A stretch of 64,000 bases of DNA from Eledone cirrhosa. Taxonomy: Eukaryota. The notes under the pieces are model-generated. The model saw only the letters and a program-made list of their open reading frames with translations, searched no databases and was not told the DNA's origin. Within the stretch, counting starts at the first letter, position 1. Every line of letters starts with the position of its first letter. The stretch covers positions 101,742,001 through 101,806,000 of the forward strand of contig OZ024741.1 of NCBI GenBank assembly GCA_964016885.1, given 5' to 3'. Position numbers and translations under genes: made by a program. Shown piece after piece: positions 28,090 to 41,997 of this stretch.

Positions 28090-30390
28090 AAATTTAAGAA
28101 TTTATAAATTTCCGGTTGGTTGGTTGGTTCCATAACCGGACGGTTGTTCATATATTGTCAAAGTTCTTTCATCACACATTCTGTGACCTCATCAGTGACT
28201 GGGGATTCTTTTCTTTGTTTTTGTGCCTCTCTTTTGTTCTGTCCTACGCCATCTTGTTTTTGTGTGTGTTGTGTGCTTAGTTTGCGCATGTGTTACATCC
28301 GGGTGTCTGTGTGTGTTTATATTTGTTTATTTATTTGTTTACTTACATGTTACTGGTTGGTTTTTTTTTCTGTGTGTGTGTGTTTTCATTTTGTCCTTAA
28401 TTGTAAGTTGTGATGTTGCTATTCCATTCATGTTTTCTATTTAATTTTTGTTGGAGTTCATTTATGTTTATTGCCTCTGTGATTTGTCTAAACATTGCGT
28501 CTTTTCTGTGTGTAGATTGTATTTTTATTTCTATGTTCTCTAATTTGCCCTTATGTTCTATTTTAGCATGTTGGTGGAGTACAGATGATTCCTTTCTATC
28601 TTGAAGCTCTCGCCAGTGTTCATTTAACCGTTCTCCTATACTACGAACTGTCTCACCTATGTACACTATATTCTTATCTCTACATTGTCCTTCAGTACAT
28701 CTTATGCTATATACTACATTTCTAGTTTTACAGTTAATATGAGGGCTTAGTTTACAGATTAAGTTTATGTTTATCTAGGGCCCTTCTAAATTTGTAAGCT
28801 AATTCACCTCTAGGGGTTGTATTGATGAACATTACACTCTGGTATTTATTGCTATCCTACCATGAGTTTATTCTATTAACCTTATTCCTAGTTCTTTCTA
28901 TTCTATTCCAAAATTTGCTCCTAATCACGGGGCAGGTCCCATTTGTATCATTATTTACCATTTTTTCCCATTTGGTTCTGGCTCTTCTATATACTCTGAT
29001 TTTATCTCTCTGATTGTAACCAGAGAACTGCATACGGTGGATGAAGTGTTGTATGTGTCTCTCTAGTTCTTTGGGGTTGCACATGCGGGACACGTTTCTC
29101 ATCACCCGTACCAAATCCGCATCAGTATGTTGATTTTGGCGTGATCCGAAACAGCTGAGTTTCGGTGGATCAGATATTTGGAAGTCATGGATTTGGCATA
29201 ATGGGAATGGAGGATTTTGTTGTTGTTATTAATGGTTTCTAACCAGAGCTCTGTGTCTAGTACAGGTAATCGATGGTTGGGGTGTTTGCTTGGGTAGTCT
29301 ATAGTAACTCTAATACTCTGGTGGATGGAGTTAGCTATTTGCTGGATGCTTTCCATGGTGTTTTTCTCTAATTCCTGACTGTTCTCTAGTGGGGGTGTTT
29401 TTACTACGATGTTTATATCATCAACGTAGCGGGAGTACATTATCAGGGTTAAGAGGTTGCTGTCTTCTAATTGTTCTTTAAGTTTAAGTTTAAGTCTATT
29501 GTCCTACCATACCATGAATAGGTTAGCTATGTCACCTGCAATGCTAACACCAATGGCTGCTCCCTCCTCTTGGGCATATGTTTTTCCATTAAATTTGAAC
29601 ATATGTTCCTTTAGGGTTAATTTTATACTGGTCCCCACCGCATGTGCAATCATTTTTTTTAGTTAATCGTGGTTTTGGGGGGTCCGTACGGCTCTGGTCC
29701 ACCAGTTCCATCTATCTGTGTGGGTTTTCTTGGCCATTGAGGTAATGGTAGGTGGTTTGCCTCTTGCTGGTCTTGTAGAGCACAGGTTGCTAAGGTCATA
29801 TGTATCTAGATAATCATTACTATAGGTAAGTAGGAGTCCCCCCAGCTCACTGGTATCAATCCCACGGAATTCAACATTGCTCTCACTGATCATTTCTAGG
29901 CATTTCTCCGCAGCAAAATCCACGTCAATGGATGGATATAGGGACACAACATCCATACTACCTATTATACAGTTTGTTAGGTCCCTAGATCGGTTACTTT
30001 CGCTGATTCTGCTGAGGAGGTCCTCCGTGCTGTCACATATATCTGGGGACATTTCAATGATGGGCGTATAATCAGGGAGAGGAAGTAGGAAAGTCTGTAG
30101 TTACTAGCAATGTTAGCTCCACAGACTGGCCGTGTTGGTGGTCCTGTGACAGGGTCACTGATCGTTTTATGGCACGTCATTATTCCAGGCCTGGAAGTTG
30201 TTGGCAGTCCTTTTATTGGGCTTCATTATGTTTGTCCACATCATCATATGGGCATTGAGGGTTTTCTCCCTATCCTCATGCTCTTGTGGTGTTACTTCTC
30301 TTGTGTTAGTGATGTGGGGTTGCATTGCCTGGATGTAGTTTGACAGACTGTCAACCGACATTCTGCCAGACATATCTGTTGGAAAGAATC
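28090..30390 (-). mobile_element. Decayed Penelope-like element, Naiad-like (RT + GIY-YIG)
   Basis: PTDMSGR, RPVCGA, IGSMDVVSLYPSID, QEEGAAIG, RYVDDI, RLPVLD, MQFSGY, NVVYSIRC..YIGETVRS..ERLNEH..RQITEA..LNRKHEWN across frameshifted ORFs. Confidence 0.85.
28157..28199 (-). ncRNA. Type-I hammerhead in the PLE 3' UTR
   Basis: Minus strand: gtca CTGATGA g gtcaca gaatg tgtgat GAAAG AA CTT tgac; same sense as the PLE. Confidence 0.7.
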
Positions 30391-30412
30391 TTGCTAAACA
30401 AATTCAGAAACG

Positions 30413-30451
<39 letters not shown>

Positions 30452-30568
30452 TTAGTTAAGCAAAACAAGACCACAAATTTCACAAGACATTATTAAAAGA
30501 TTGTCAACATATTTTAGTTTGATGTAAGGAATGTAGAGAATAATAATAATAATAATAATATTAATAAT

Positions 30569-32553
30569 GCTTTCTTTATTAACCACAAGGGTTTACATAA
30601 AGTAGACATTAAGGACAGTACAGGACAATACAGGACGGTACAAATGGGCATTTCTGCGTGTAAAAAAAAAACAAACAGAGGATGTAACAAAAAAATAACA
30701 ATGAAAATTTCCACAATAGGGGGGAGACTTCCGAGGGACAATTGTGGAGAAAGCCCATTAAAAGGCCACAGTGACCCTGTCCACCAGGGCAAGTGCCCTT
30801 TCCCAGTTTTCCACCTTTAATTTACAGATACATACTCAGAGTAGGCCCATTCACTCGGGCCATTCTTGCCTCTCTCACCCATCTTTCAACAAAATGCTGG
30901 TTGATCATTGCTCCTGTCACCGCTTCGTATTCTCTTAGTGTAGTGCCGATCGCCTCGATGTGTTTGGCGTTCGACACCACTACGGTGACATCGTCGGCAT
31001 ATGCTGACACGGATCTTCCGCATCCTAGTTCGCGCGGGACCCCCCTCAACGTCTCCAGTTTGTGCAGTAATGGTTCGAGAGTCAATACGTACAAGAGAGA
31101 CGAGAGGGGACATCCTTGGCGGACCGAGCGCATGATGTTGAACGGTTCCGAAAGGTGACCGTTCACTCTCACCACAGAGCAGATGTCGCTGTGCATGGCA
31201 GCGATCCAGCCTCTGAAGACGGGCCCAAAGCCAGCCGCCCTCAGGACTGCTGCTAGGTAACGATGGTCGACCCTATCGAAAGCTTTCGACTGATCTAAAT
31301 TGATCAAGGACCCACCCGTGCCAGGTTCCCTAGCTACCCTCTCTACGATGTATCGCATGAGGTGGAGGTTGTTGTGGATGGATCTGTCGAGAATGGCGCA
31401 CGTCTGCGCCTCTCCCACCAGACCACCAACGACAAGCGCCAATCTCTTTGCTAGCACCTTGGCTAAAATCTTGAACTCTGTGTTTAGCAGAGTTATGGGC
31501 CTGAAATTATCTATGTTATCCCCCTTGTTCGGATCCTTTCTCAGCAGCGCCACAGCTCCTCGGCTCACAGAGCTGGGAATTCTCCCGTTCTGTTGCCAGT
31601 TGCAGTAGACGTCCGCCAAGAGGCCTCCGAACGAGTCTGGCATCTGTACGTAAAGTTCATAGGGCAGACCATCCAAACCAGGCGATTTACCCCTTGTGCA
31701 ACTAAACATTGCATCCCGTACTTCAGCGGTTGTTATCGGCTTTTCGCAACACTCCGCCTCAGTGGCCGAGAGCCGCGGCAGTCCGTCGTGGTAGACACTA
31801 AAGTCCATCCCTCGATCCGGCCCGCCGCTGCCCCCGAACAGCTGGGCGAAGTGTCGCTGGAAAGCTTCACACATTTGCCCGGGATCGAGTACCATGCGCC
31901 CATCGTGGTCCAAAGACCGGATCGTGGCTTTGTTGCCACGACGCGCCTCCGCCACTCGGGTCCATTGAACGGCTTTCGTCCCCTCGTGTCTGAGAGCACG
32001 CACCCTAGCTCTGACAACGCAGCCTTCGTGCTTTGCATTGAAGAATTGGTCAAGGGCCAATTTCGCCGCAAGTACGTCGGTCGCGATGCCTTTGCTAATC
32101 GCCTCGTCAAATTTTCTAAATAGTCCTCCCTCTGCTCTATTTTTCTCTATTGCTAAAGCCTTACTAAATCTAATGGACTCTATTCTAATCGCTCTTTTCA
32201 GAGCAAACCACCACTTGTTGTAGACGATGGCCCCCGTCAACGCCCGCTTAACTAGTTCGCTAATCCGGTCTCTGTAGGCCTTGCGCGCTGGTAAGGACGC
32301 GTTTAGCTTCCAGCAGCGGGGTCCTCGTCTATGAAGCCTATCTAAGTCAAGCACACAGATCACGAATTTGTGGTCCGTGTAGCTGACTATCTTGAATTGT
32401 GGACAGCCTATGCTAGACCTATCGATTTCCCTACAAAATACTCTATCTAGATATGATCTGGATGACCATATGCGATTTGTCCAAGTCCACATTGGCACAT
32501 TCGGGAAATCCAATCGGTACCTGTCAGACAGTTCAAAACGCCTGAGCAGGTTG
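30569..32553 (-). mobile_element. Tx1/L1-clade LINE, 5'-truncated and internally deleted; 563-aa open ORF2 piece (end of APE + RT)
   Basis: WTW..SYLDR..TDHK (APE); KSPGLDG, FRPITLLN, DQSKAFDRVDH, RQGCPLS, YADD (RT); candidate TSD tattaataat at 30559-30568 and 32554-32563. Confidence 0.92.
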
Positions 32554-32653
32554 TATTAATAATAATAATGTCCATTTACAATTGTTTCGCTACTCCATAT
32601 AATATTTCTGGAGTAGCGAAACAATTGTAAACGGACATTATTATTATTAATAT
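32554..32653. repeat. Hairpin containing the 3' half of a hammerhead in both arms
   Basis: gtccatttacaattgtttcgctactcca [11 nt] tggagtagc GAAAC AATT GTA aacggac. Confidence 0.85.
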
Positions 32654-32658
32654 TATTA

Positions 32659-32850
32659 GGGCGGTAGATTGGCAGTATCGGTATAGGGTCGGACGCCATG
32701 CATGACGCATAGAGTTACGGCCCTTGCCATTCTGAGTTCAAATCCCGCCGAGGTTAACTTTGCCTTTCATCCTTACGGGGCGATAAAATAAAGTACCAGT
32801 AATGTACTGGATAATTGCTTGCCTTGTGCCTAAAGTAGAAACAATTATTA
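32659..32850 (+). mobile_element. SINE family A
   Basis: gggcggtagattggcagtatcggta...gagttcaaatcccgccgagg...aagtagaaac(att)n. Confidence 0.85.
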
Positions 32851-33114
32851 TTATTATTCTCTACATTCCTTACATCAAACTAAAATATGTTGACAATCTT
32901 TTAATAATGTCTTCCTTGTGAAATTTGTGGTCTTGTTTTCCAGCTCTACGCGCCTAACTTCTGCATGAACCCAGCCACCTAGCTGCTTTCTACTGCATAT
33001 TGCACATTGAGCCTTTACGCTTTGGCTTCTAACTAATTCACCAATCTATCCTCTCCTATCTCCTATCTCCTCTCTTATCTCCATCTCTCTCTTTAAGATT
33101 GGTAACTCTTGAAC

Positions 33115-33181
<67 letters not shown>

Positions 33182-33222
33182 ATATATGTATATATATGTA
33201 TGTGTATATATGTTTATATATG

Positions 33223-33256
<34 letters not shown>

Positions 33257-33327
33257 CACATATATATGTATACATGTATGTTTGTGTGTGTGTATGTGGA
33301 CCCCACAACATACCGTGGATATCTGTG

Positions 33328-33624
<297 letters not shown>

Positions 33625-33703
33625 TATATATATAGAGTTATAAACTCAAACAGTCTTTTACAATTAATTAGCTCAAAGAAAGAAGTATTTTTGAGCCGTG
33701 AAA

Positions 33704-34198
33704 TACAAGTTAATATAAATTAATATATGATAAACACTAATATAATCATATAAGTGCTTGTATTGCAAATGACCAAGTTAGCTAGATTGAAAAATACTAA
33801 TTAGATTAATACAGTTTGCCTGTCTCGATTTAAAATAATAAATCAATAAAAACAAACCCATATTGGCAATAGCCGTGATACCTGGACAAATTTAAATTTT
33901 AAAACCCAACCCTGTTCCGTAGACAAATTTGAATTTCAAAACCCAAATAAGTTTCACAACGATAATATAAAAAGTGAAAAATTCCATTTTCTGTGATCAT
34001 TTTCTGTGTTCAAACAAACCCATATTGGCATATTGCCAATATGGGTTTGTTTTTATTGATTTATTAATTTAAATCGAGACAGGCAAACTGTGTTAATCTA
34101 ATTAGTATTTTTCGATCTAGCTAACTTGGTCATTTGCAATACAATCACTTATATGATTATATTAGTGTTTATCATATATTAATTTATATTAACTTGTA
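33704..34198. repeat. Inverted repeat, about 165-bp arms; same family as 9472-9940
   Basis: tacaagttaatataaatt...catattggcaata pairs with tattgccaatatg...attaacttgta. Confidence 0.9.
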
Positions 34199-34217
34199 TA
34201 TATATATATATATATAT

Positions 34218-34308
<91 letters not shown>

Positions 34309-34360
34309 GGTTTTTCTCACATCTGATGTGAGAAAAACTACAGACCCTCCATCTCAACTA

Positions 34361-34393
34361 CTTTTGAAAAGCAGAACTGCGAAACCGGTAAAG
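34361..34393 (+). ncRNA. Minimal hammerhead, U3-A8 covariant
   Basis: ctt TTGAAAA gcag aa ctgc GAAAC CG GTA aag. Confidence 0.7.
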
Positions 34394-34461
34394 GAACCAA
34401 ATAAATATATATATTTTTTTAAAAATAAGACTCCAGTTGCATTTTCGATTTCATCTTTTTT

Positions 34462-34533
<72 letters not shown>

Positions 34534-34548
34534 ATATATATATATGTA

Positions 34549-34665
<117 letters not shown>

Positions 34666-34698
34666 GCGTATGTGTGTGTATATGCATATATATATATG

Positions 34699-34730
<32 letters not shown>

Positions 34731-34775
34731 TGTGTTTGTATGTATATATATGTATATATGTACATATATGTATAT

Positions 34776-34813
<38 letters not shown>

Positions 34814-34844
34814 ATATATATATGTGTATGTATGTGTGTATGTG

Positions 34845-34886
<42 letters not shown>

Positions 34887-34995
34887 CGTATATGTAATAT
34901 ATATATGTGTATATGTATATATATATGTATATATATATGTGTGTATATATATATATACATATGTGTATGTGTATATGTGTGTATATGTGTGTATA

Positions 34996-35058
<63 letters not shown>

Positions 35059-35061
<3 letters not shown>

Positions 35062-35210
35062 TGGTTACACAACAGTAAGTTCACCATACCGAGAACAATT
35101 GTTTCACCTTAGCGGATCTTCAGTTTGGGATGTGCACATCCCGAGCTGAAGATCCGCTAAGGTGAAACTATTGTTCTCGGTATGGTGAACTAACTGTTGT
35201 GTAACCACTT
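35059..35210. repeat. 152-bp palindrome with no spacer, a hammerhead on each strand
   Basis: Centre gggatgtg|cacatccc at 35134/35135; only a few mismatches between the arms. Confidence 0.95.
35141..35180 (+). ncRNA. Type-I hammerhead ribozyme (mirror copy at about 35089-35128, minus strand)
   Basis: ccgag CTGAAGA t cc gctaa gg t GAAAC tatt GTT ctcgg; 5-bp stem I; the mirror copy has a palindromic loop AATT. Confidence 0.75.
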
Positions 35211-35319
35211 CTAACTAACTCGTCCCTTGGACTGAGTGCTCTACCACTACGTATATTACCTTCCACTGTTCCACCAATATATATATATATATATATTTAT
35301 ATATGTATATATATGTATA

Positions 35320-35362
<43 letters not shown>

Positions 35363-35372
35363 ATATATATAC

Positions 35373-35406
<34 letters not shown>

Positions 35407-36849
35407 GCGTATGTGTGTATATGTGTGTATGTATATATATATATATATATGTAGATATATGTGTATATATATATATTTATATATATATGTATATATTAAT
35501 TTTGAGTACATGTTGGTTGTTTACCGACACCTCAGTCTGCACAATGGAGCACTTGACGAAGTACGCCGGTTGGTTTGGTTACTCCGGAGAAATGTAAAAT
35601 AAAGTTATTAACTCAAATATTTAAATTATTGGCTTCGTTTATTAAAGATGTACTGCTATATATATTTTGTTGACAGCCATGATTGGCAGTTCGAATTAGT
35701 GTGGTAGAGACAGGTACACATGTTGTTAAAGTGTTTAACTCCGTCAATACTCCGATATGTCCAGCTCCTGGTTGGATTGTTATTACTCTGAAGAACTGGA
35801 ATCATATGAATTCGAACAAACGAATTCCGGCATCATAGGACATTCTCTCCTCCCATTGGTCAGTTGTGAGAACATTCCTCATTCAAAAGTGTATAGAAAT
35901 TTATTTCTGAGGCAAGACATCTGTTGTGGTTGTTTTTAAGTATAGCTGACCTCCTCCCTTGTGTTTATTGGTGTTCGGGGGTCAGCTGGCAGGTCAGCCT
36001 TAGTTCTTTAGCTGCTGTCTTTAGAAGAAAGAGTGTGTGTGGGTTGGCATCAATCCTACCACCCTTTCACGTGGTGGGGGGGGGGGGGTGTGCCAAACAG
36101 ATAATGGAATCAGATAAGGTAAAATGAAGAAATAAAATATAAAAAAATAAGATAAAATAAATAATAAAATAATAAGATACGATACAATAAAATGAAGAAG
36201 TAAAAAAAAAAATAAATAAATGAATAATTTGAATAAAATGCGTGATTGTTATAGCCAATATCAAATATCAAAGAAGAATAAAGTGCGTGTGTGTTATAGC
36301 CAATATTAAAGTTTGAAAGATTTGGAACATATTGACTGAAGTAGAAAGGCTATGTGTCAGAATCGGGAAATGCAAAGGATTACGATCTTTACACTATCAT
36401 GGGGTGGTGCGTTTTAAGAGCAAATGAGGCAAGAGTGGAGTGTAAAACATCATAACCTGAGTCTCAAAATCCGGAAATGCAGAGGACTACAGTTTTTAAT
36501 TCGGCATAGAGTACATATGCGTGTATGTCCACCCACATCGTTGCAAGCCCACACGCACCAACACGGGCCCAGGTGCATCCCATATTCACACACCCACACA
36601 CCCACACAGATTATACAAACACACACACACCCATATATATATATATATGTATATATATACTCGCACACACACGCACACACACACACACATGTAAGTATCA
36701 GTGCATGTACAATCTTAAATAACAGGATCTATATATGGACATGTGCATAAGTCTGTGCTGCCATAGGAGTCGATCGAGACAGGGGTAGGGGTGGTGAAAG
36801 TGTATGGGATGGTTTACCGTGGGCTCGGTGTGGCGGGGCTACTGTCTCT

Positions 36850-37841
<992 letters not shown>

Positions 37842-37844
37842 ATG

Positions 37845-37875
<31 letters not shown>

Positions 37876-37991
37876 TATATATATGTATATTTATATATAT
37901 ATATTTGTGTATGTGTATCTATGTATTTTGTATATGTGTATATATGTGTATTTCTGTAGATGTGTTTGTATATGTTTGTATATGTGTATAT

Positions 37992-38108
<117 letters not shown>

Positions 38109-38180
38109 TGTCTGTTGACACCTGGAATATAGCTTAAGAGAAACATGACAATAATGATATGATAGGCACCCAATATTTTG

Positions 38181-38344
38181 TGGATTGGCAGTATCGGTAG
38201 AGGGTCGGACGCCATGCTTTCCAGCATACTTACGTCTCTTTAGGATCTGAGTTCAAATCCTGCCTTTCATCCTTACGGGGTCGATAAAATAAAGTACCAG
38301 TAATGAACTGGGTTATTGCTGGCCTTGTGCCTAAAGTAGAAACA
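38181..38344 (+). mobile_element. SINE family A with a 9-bp TSD
   Basis: aatattttg at 38172-38180 and 38345-38353; the empty site is present in the paralogous block near 26670. Confidence 0.9.
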
Positions 38345-38714
38345 AATATTTTGAACTGGTTTATAGAATTCTCTTGGCCTTTGTCACTCTAAGTAGAGCT
38401 TTAAAGAATTAGCTTTTAAAGAATTTCCCTTTTCTTTAAACCCATCAACCATGATCGACCCCCCAACCATCTTATAGACACCTGAAATATAGGCATTGTT
38501 AGCTTAAGAGAAACTTAAAAATAAGGAGTGGCACCCCAATCTGAACTTGTTTATAGAATTCTTTCTGCCTTTATATATATAAATTATAGCCTTAAAGAAT
38601 TAGCTTTTAATGAATTCTCTTTTCTTTCAACCAATGACCTCCTCCCATCCCACTCCCCACCCTCTCCTACCACCTGAAAAGATATAAATACCACAACATT
38701 TATTTTGGAAAGCC

Positions 38715-38765
38715 AGATTCCTGATGATTTCTAAAGTATGAAACAGTTCTAGTCCTGTAGAATCT
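38715..38765 (+). ncRNA. Type-I hammerhead ribozyme
   Basis: agattc CTGATGA tttctaaagtat GAAACAG ttctagtc CTGTA gaatct; 6-bp stem I, 4-bp stem III, weak stem II. Confidence 0.75.
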
Positions 38766-38910
38766 CATCTATATTAAAACTTTTATACTCTGCTATGTAT
38801 TGAGTACCTTACTTACTGTGGTTACCTCCGATTCGACCCGGAATAACTTACCTTATATATATATATATATATATTCTTAATTCCGATCTTTGTATATATA
38901 TATATATATA

Positions 38911-39410
38911 TATATTGGTAAACGGAATAGAAAATGCTGACAAATTGTTCACAGTTGAAAAATGGTTTAATTAGGAATAAAAGAGTATTAGTGATTGTAT
39001 GGGTTAGTATTCAGTTGTGGTTTTAAGTTTTTAAGTTTTTACCGGTTGCGCATTTCTAAATGCTTTTCAAAAATAATTTTGAGATAGAGTGTCCGTGCTG
39101 TTTGCTCTGATCTGATTAGTTTTGGGAATTCTACCTGTTTTTATGTTAAAAAAGTGGCTCCAGCGTTATTTTTGTGTTGCAAAAATGCTTGTGGTCAAAA
39201 CAATTTTGATTGGTCGGTAGAAGTCATGTGAATGTAAAAAGTTGATTTTGCGCCAAGACTGTTTTTATGTTAAAATGTTAAAAAAGTGGCTCCAGCAAAA
39301 ATTATTGGTCAAAACAATTTTGATTGGTCGGTAGAGGTCATGTGGATAAAAAATTGGTTTTGCGCCAAGATTGAGAAATGACTCTTTCACAACAAATATG
39401 TGTGTGTGTG

Positions 39411-39507
<97 letters not shown>

Positions 39508-39578
39508 AGTAGTAGTAGTAAGGTGTTCGATGCTGCGACAATGGCCAGCAGCGATGTGTGTCAAATGGCTATTAAGAT

Positions 39579-39633
<55 letters not shown>

Positions 39634-39688
39634 GCAGAGTCATTCGAAGGTCAAAAGATATTTTTCAGCTTTTGTCTTATACGGAGAA

Positions 39689-39751
<63 letters not shown>

Positions 39752-39783
39752 AGTCTCTTTGTATGTTGATGTACGCGTGTGTT

Positions 39784-39844
<61 letters not shown>

Positions 39845-41839
39845 ACCAGTATTTTTTTCCCCCTGGTAAAATGGTGTACATTATTCGATTTTTTCAGTAA
39901 AATCGGTTCTCTTAATAGAACATCAAAAATCTTAACAATAAAAGGTGTGAAATGATATTCACTATATATATATACACACACATACATACATTCACTACAT
40001 ATATATATATATATATATATACATATATACATACATATATATGCACATATATTTTTTTGTATTGCACCATAGAGCATGTGTGTTTACGTGTGTCATTGTG
40101 TTTATATGTGGGTAGAGATGTGTGCTGATGTAGGTATGTACGTTGACGTGTGTATGTTGTGGGTTCGTCTTAGGGAGAAGTGTTTAGACGGGGTCCGTAT
40201 TTGTTAATGAAGTAAGATTCCTTGCTGATGCGCTGTGTGTGGGTGGCATTATCTTTAAATTTGTAGAGGGGAAAGATTCTGAAGTTGGGATGATTTTGGG
40301 CGGCACAGGTATCAATGTGTTCACTCAGTGGTATTTTCCTGTATTCCCGTATTTTAATTTGGGATCTATGGACAGTCATGCGTTGGCGGAGGCTGTTTTT
40401 GGTCTGGCCTATGTATTGTTCTCGACAACCTGAACAAGTTAATACATATATTAGATTTTCCGATGCACATGTGAAATTGTGTTTTACTATAAAACGTTGT
40501 CCATCTTTGAAATAGAATTCCGAACCCTCTATTAGGTTGATGCAAATGCCACAGTTGGGTCTATCGCATTTTTTTACTGTGGGTTTCGTTGTTGTGGTTG
40601 GCAGTACTTTGGAATGTCTTAAGATGTTTTTCATTGACTTGGATTGTCTTTTGCTCTTTATGATATCGTGTGTTCGTAGAATTTGGTTCATTCTATGGTC
40701 CTTTTTCAATACAGGGATGTTCTGGAGGATGGTGTCAAAGGCCTCATTGTTGAGGGGGTTGTGTGTGGAGATGTATGGAAGAGCTTTTAGTTTTGGTTGA
40801 TTTACTTTAGGGTGTCTAAGGTCCTGGGTACTGAGTTTTAGGGCACGTTGGATTCCATTGTCAATTAGTGATGCAGGGTAGTCCCTGCCTATGAGTGTGT
40901 CCTTTAGTTCTTGTAGCCGTAAGTAGCAGATGTTTTTATTGGAGACTATAGTACAGATTCTCTTGGCTAAGTTGTAGGGAATATTAATTTTAACGTGTCT
41001 AGGGTGGCAAGAGTTGAAGGGGAGGTATTGCTTGGAGTCTGTGGGCTTGTAGTATATGTCTGTTTCTATTTTTTTGTTATGGATCTTAATGAGGATGTCG
41101 AGGAAGGGGAGTTGTTGATGGCTGTATTCCATCGTGAAGTTAATATTTGTGTTGAGCCCATTTATAAGGGTGTGAAATTCTTTAAGTTTTTCGATGTTTT
41201 CGTGCCAAAGGATGAAGCAGTCATCTAGATATCGCTTCCAGTTCCTTTCAATGTGTAAGTGGAGGGTGTTTCCAAATTTGTTTAGGACTTTAGTGTAGAG
41301 GGTGATTTCCAGGTATCCCATGACTAGGTTGGCATAAGTAGGGGCTGTTTTCGTTCCCATAGCGGTCCCAGATTTCTGCCTGTAGGGTTTGTTATTGAAA
41401 ACGAAGTAATTGTTCTCCAAGATAAATTTGAGTCCCTCTATCACGAATTCTTTTTTGATGCGTTGTGGGAGTTCATTGCGGAAATTATCCAGCCAGAATT
41501 GGATAGCTTCTATTCCTAGGTTGTGGGGGATGTTGGAGTATAGGTTGACTACATCGAACGTCACTAGTAGGGTTTGTTCAGAAAGTGGCATATTATTGTT
41601 AAGATTTTTGATGTTCTATTAAGAGAACCGATTTTACTGAAAAAATCGAATAATGTACACCATTTTACCAGGGCGAAAAAAATACTGGCCCCCCCCCCCC
41701 ACACATATATACACAAACACATACACACGCGTACATCAACATACAAAGAGACTTATACACACACACACACACACACACACGCACTTCTCCGTATAAGACA
41801 AAAGCTGAAAAATATCTTTTGACCTTCGAATGACTCTGC

Positions 41840-41874
<35 letters not shown>

Positions 41875-41945
41875 TTATCTTAATAGCCATTTGACACACA
41901 TCGCTGCTGGCCATTGTCGCAGCATCGAACACCTTACTACTACTA

Positions 41946-41997
<52 letters not shown>

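Noticed and set aside
28660-28860. Possible selenocysteine (UGA) recoding in the Naiad-like element
   Set aside because: The visible endonuclease Cys codons are TGT and the nearby stop is TAG; part of the linker is deleted, so there is no support.
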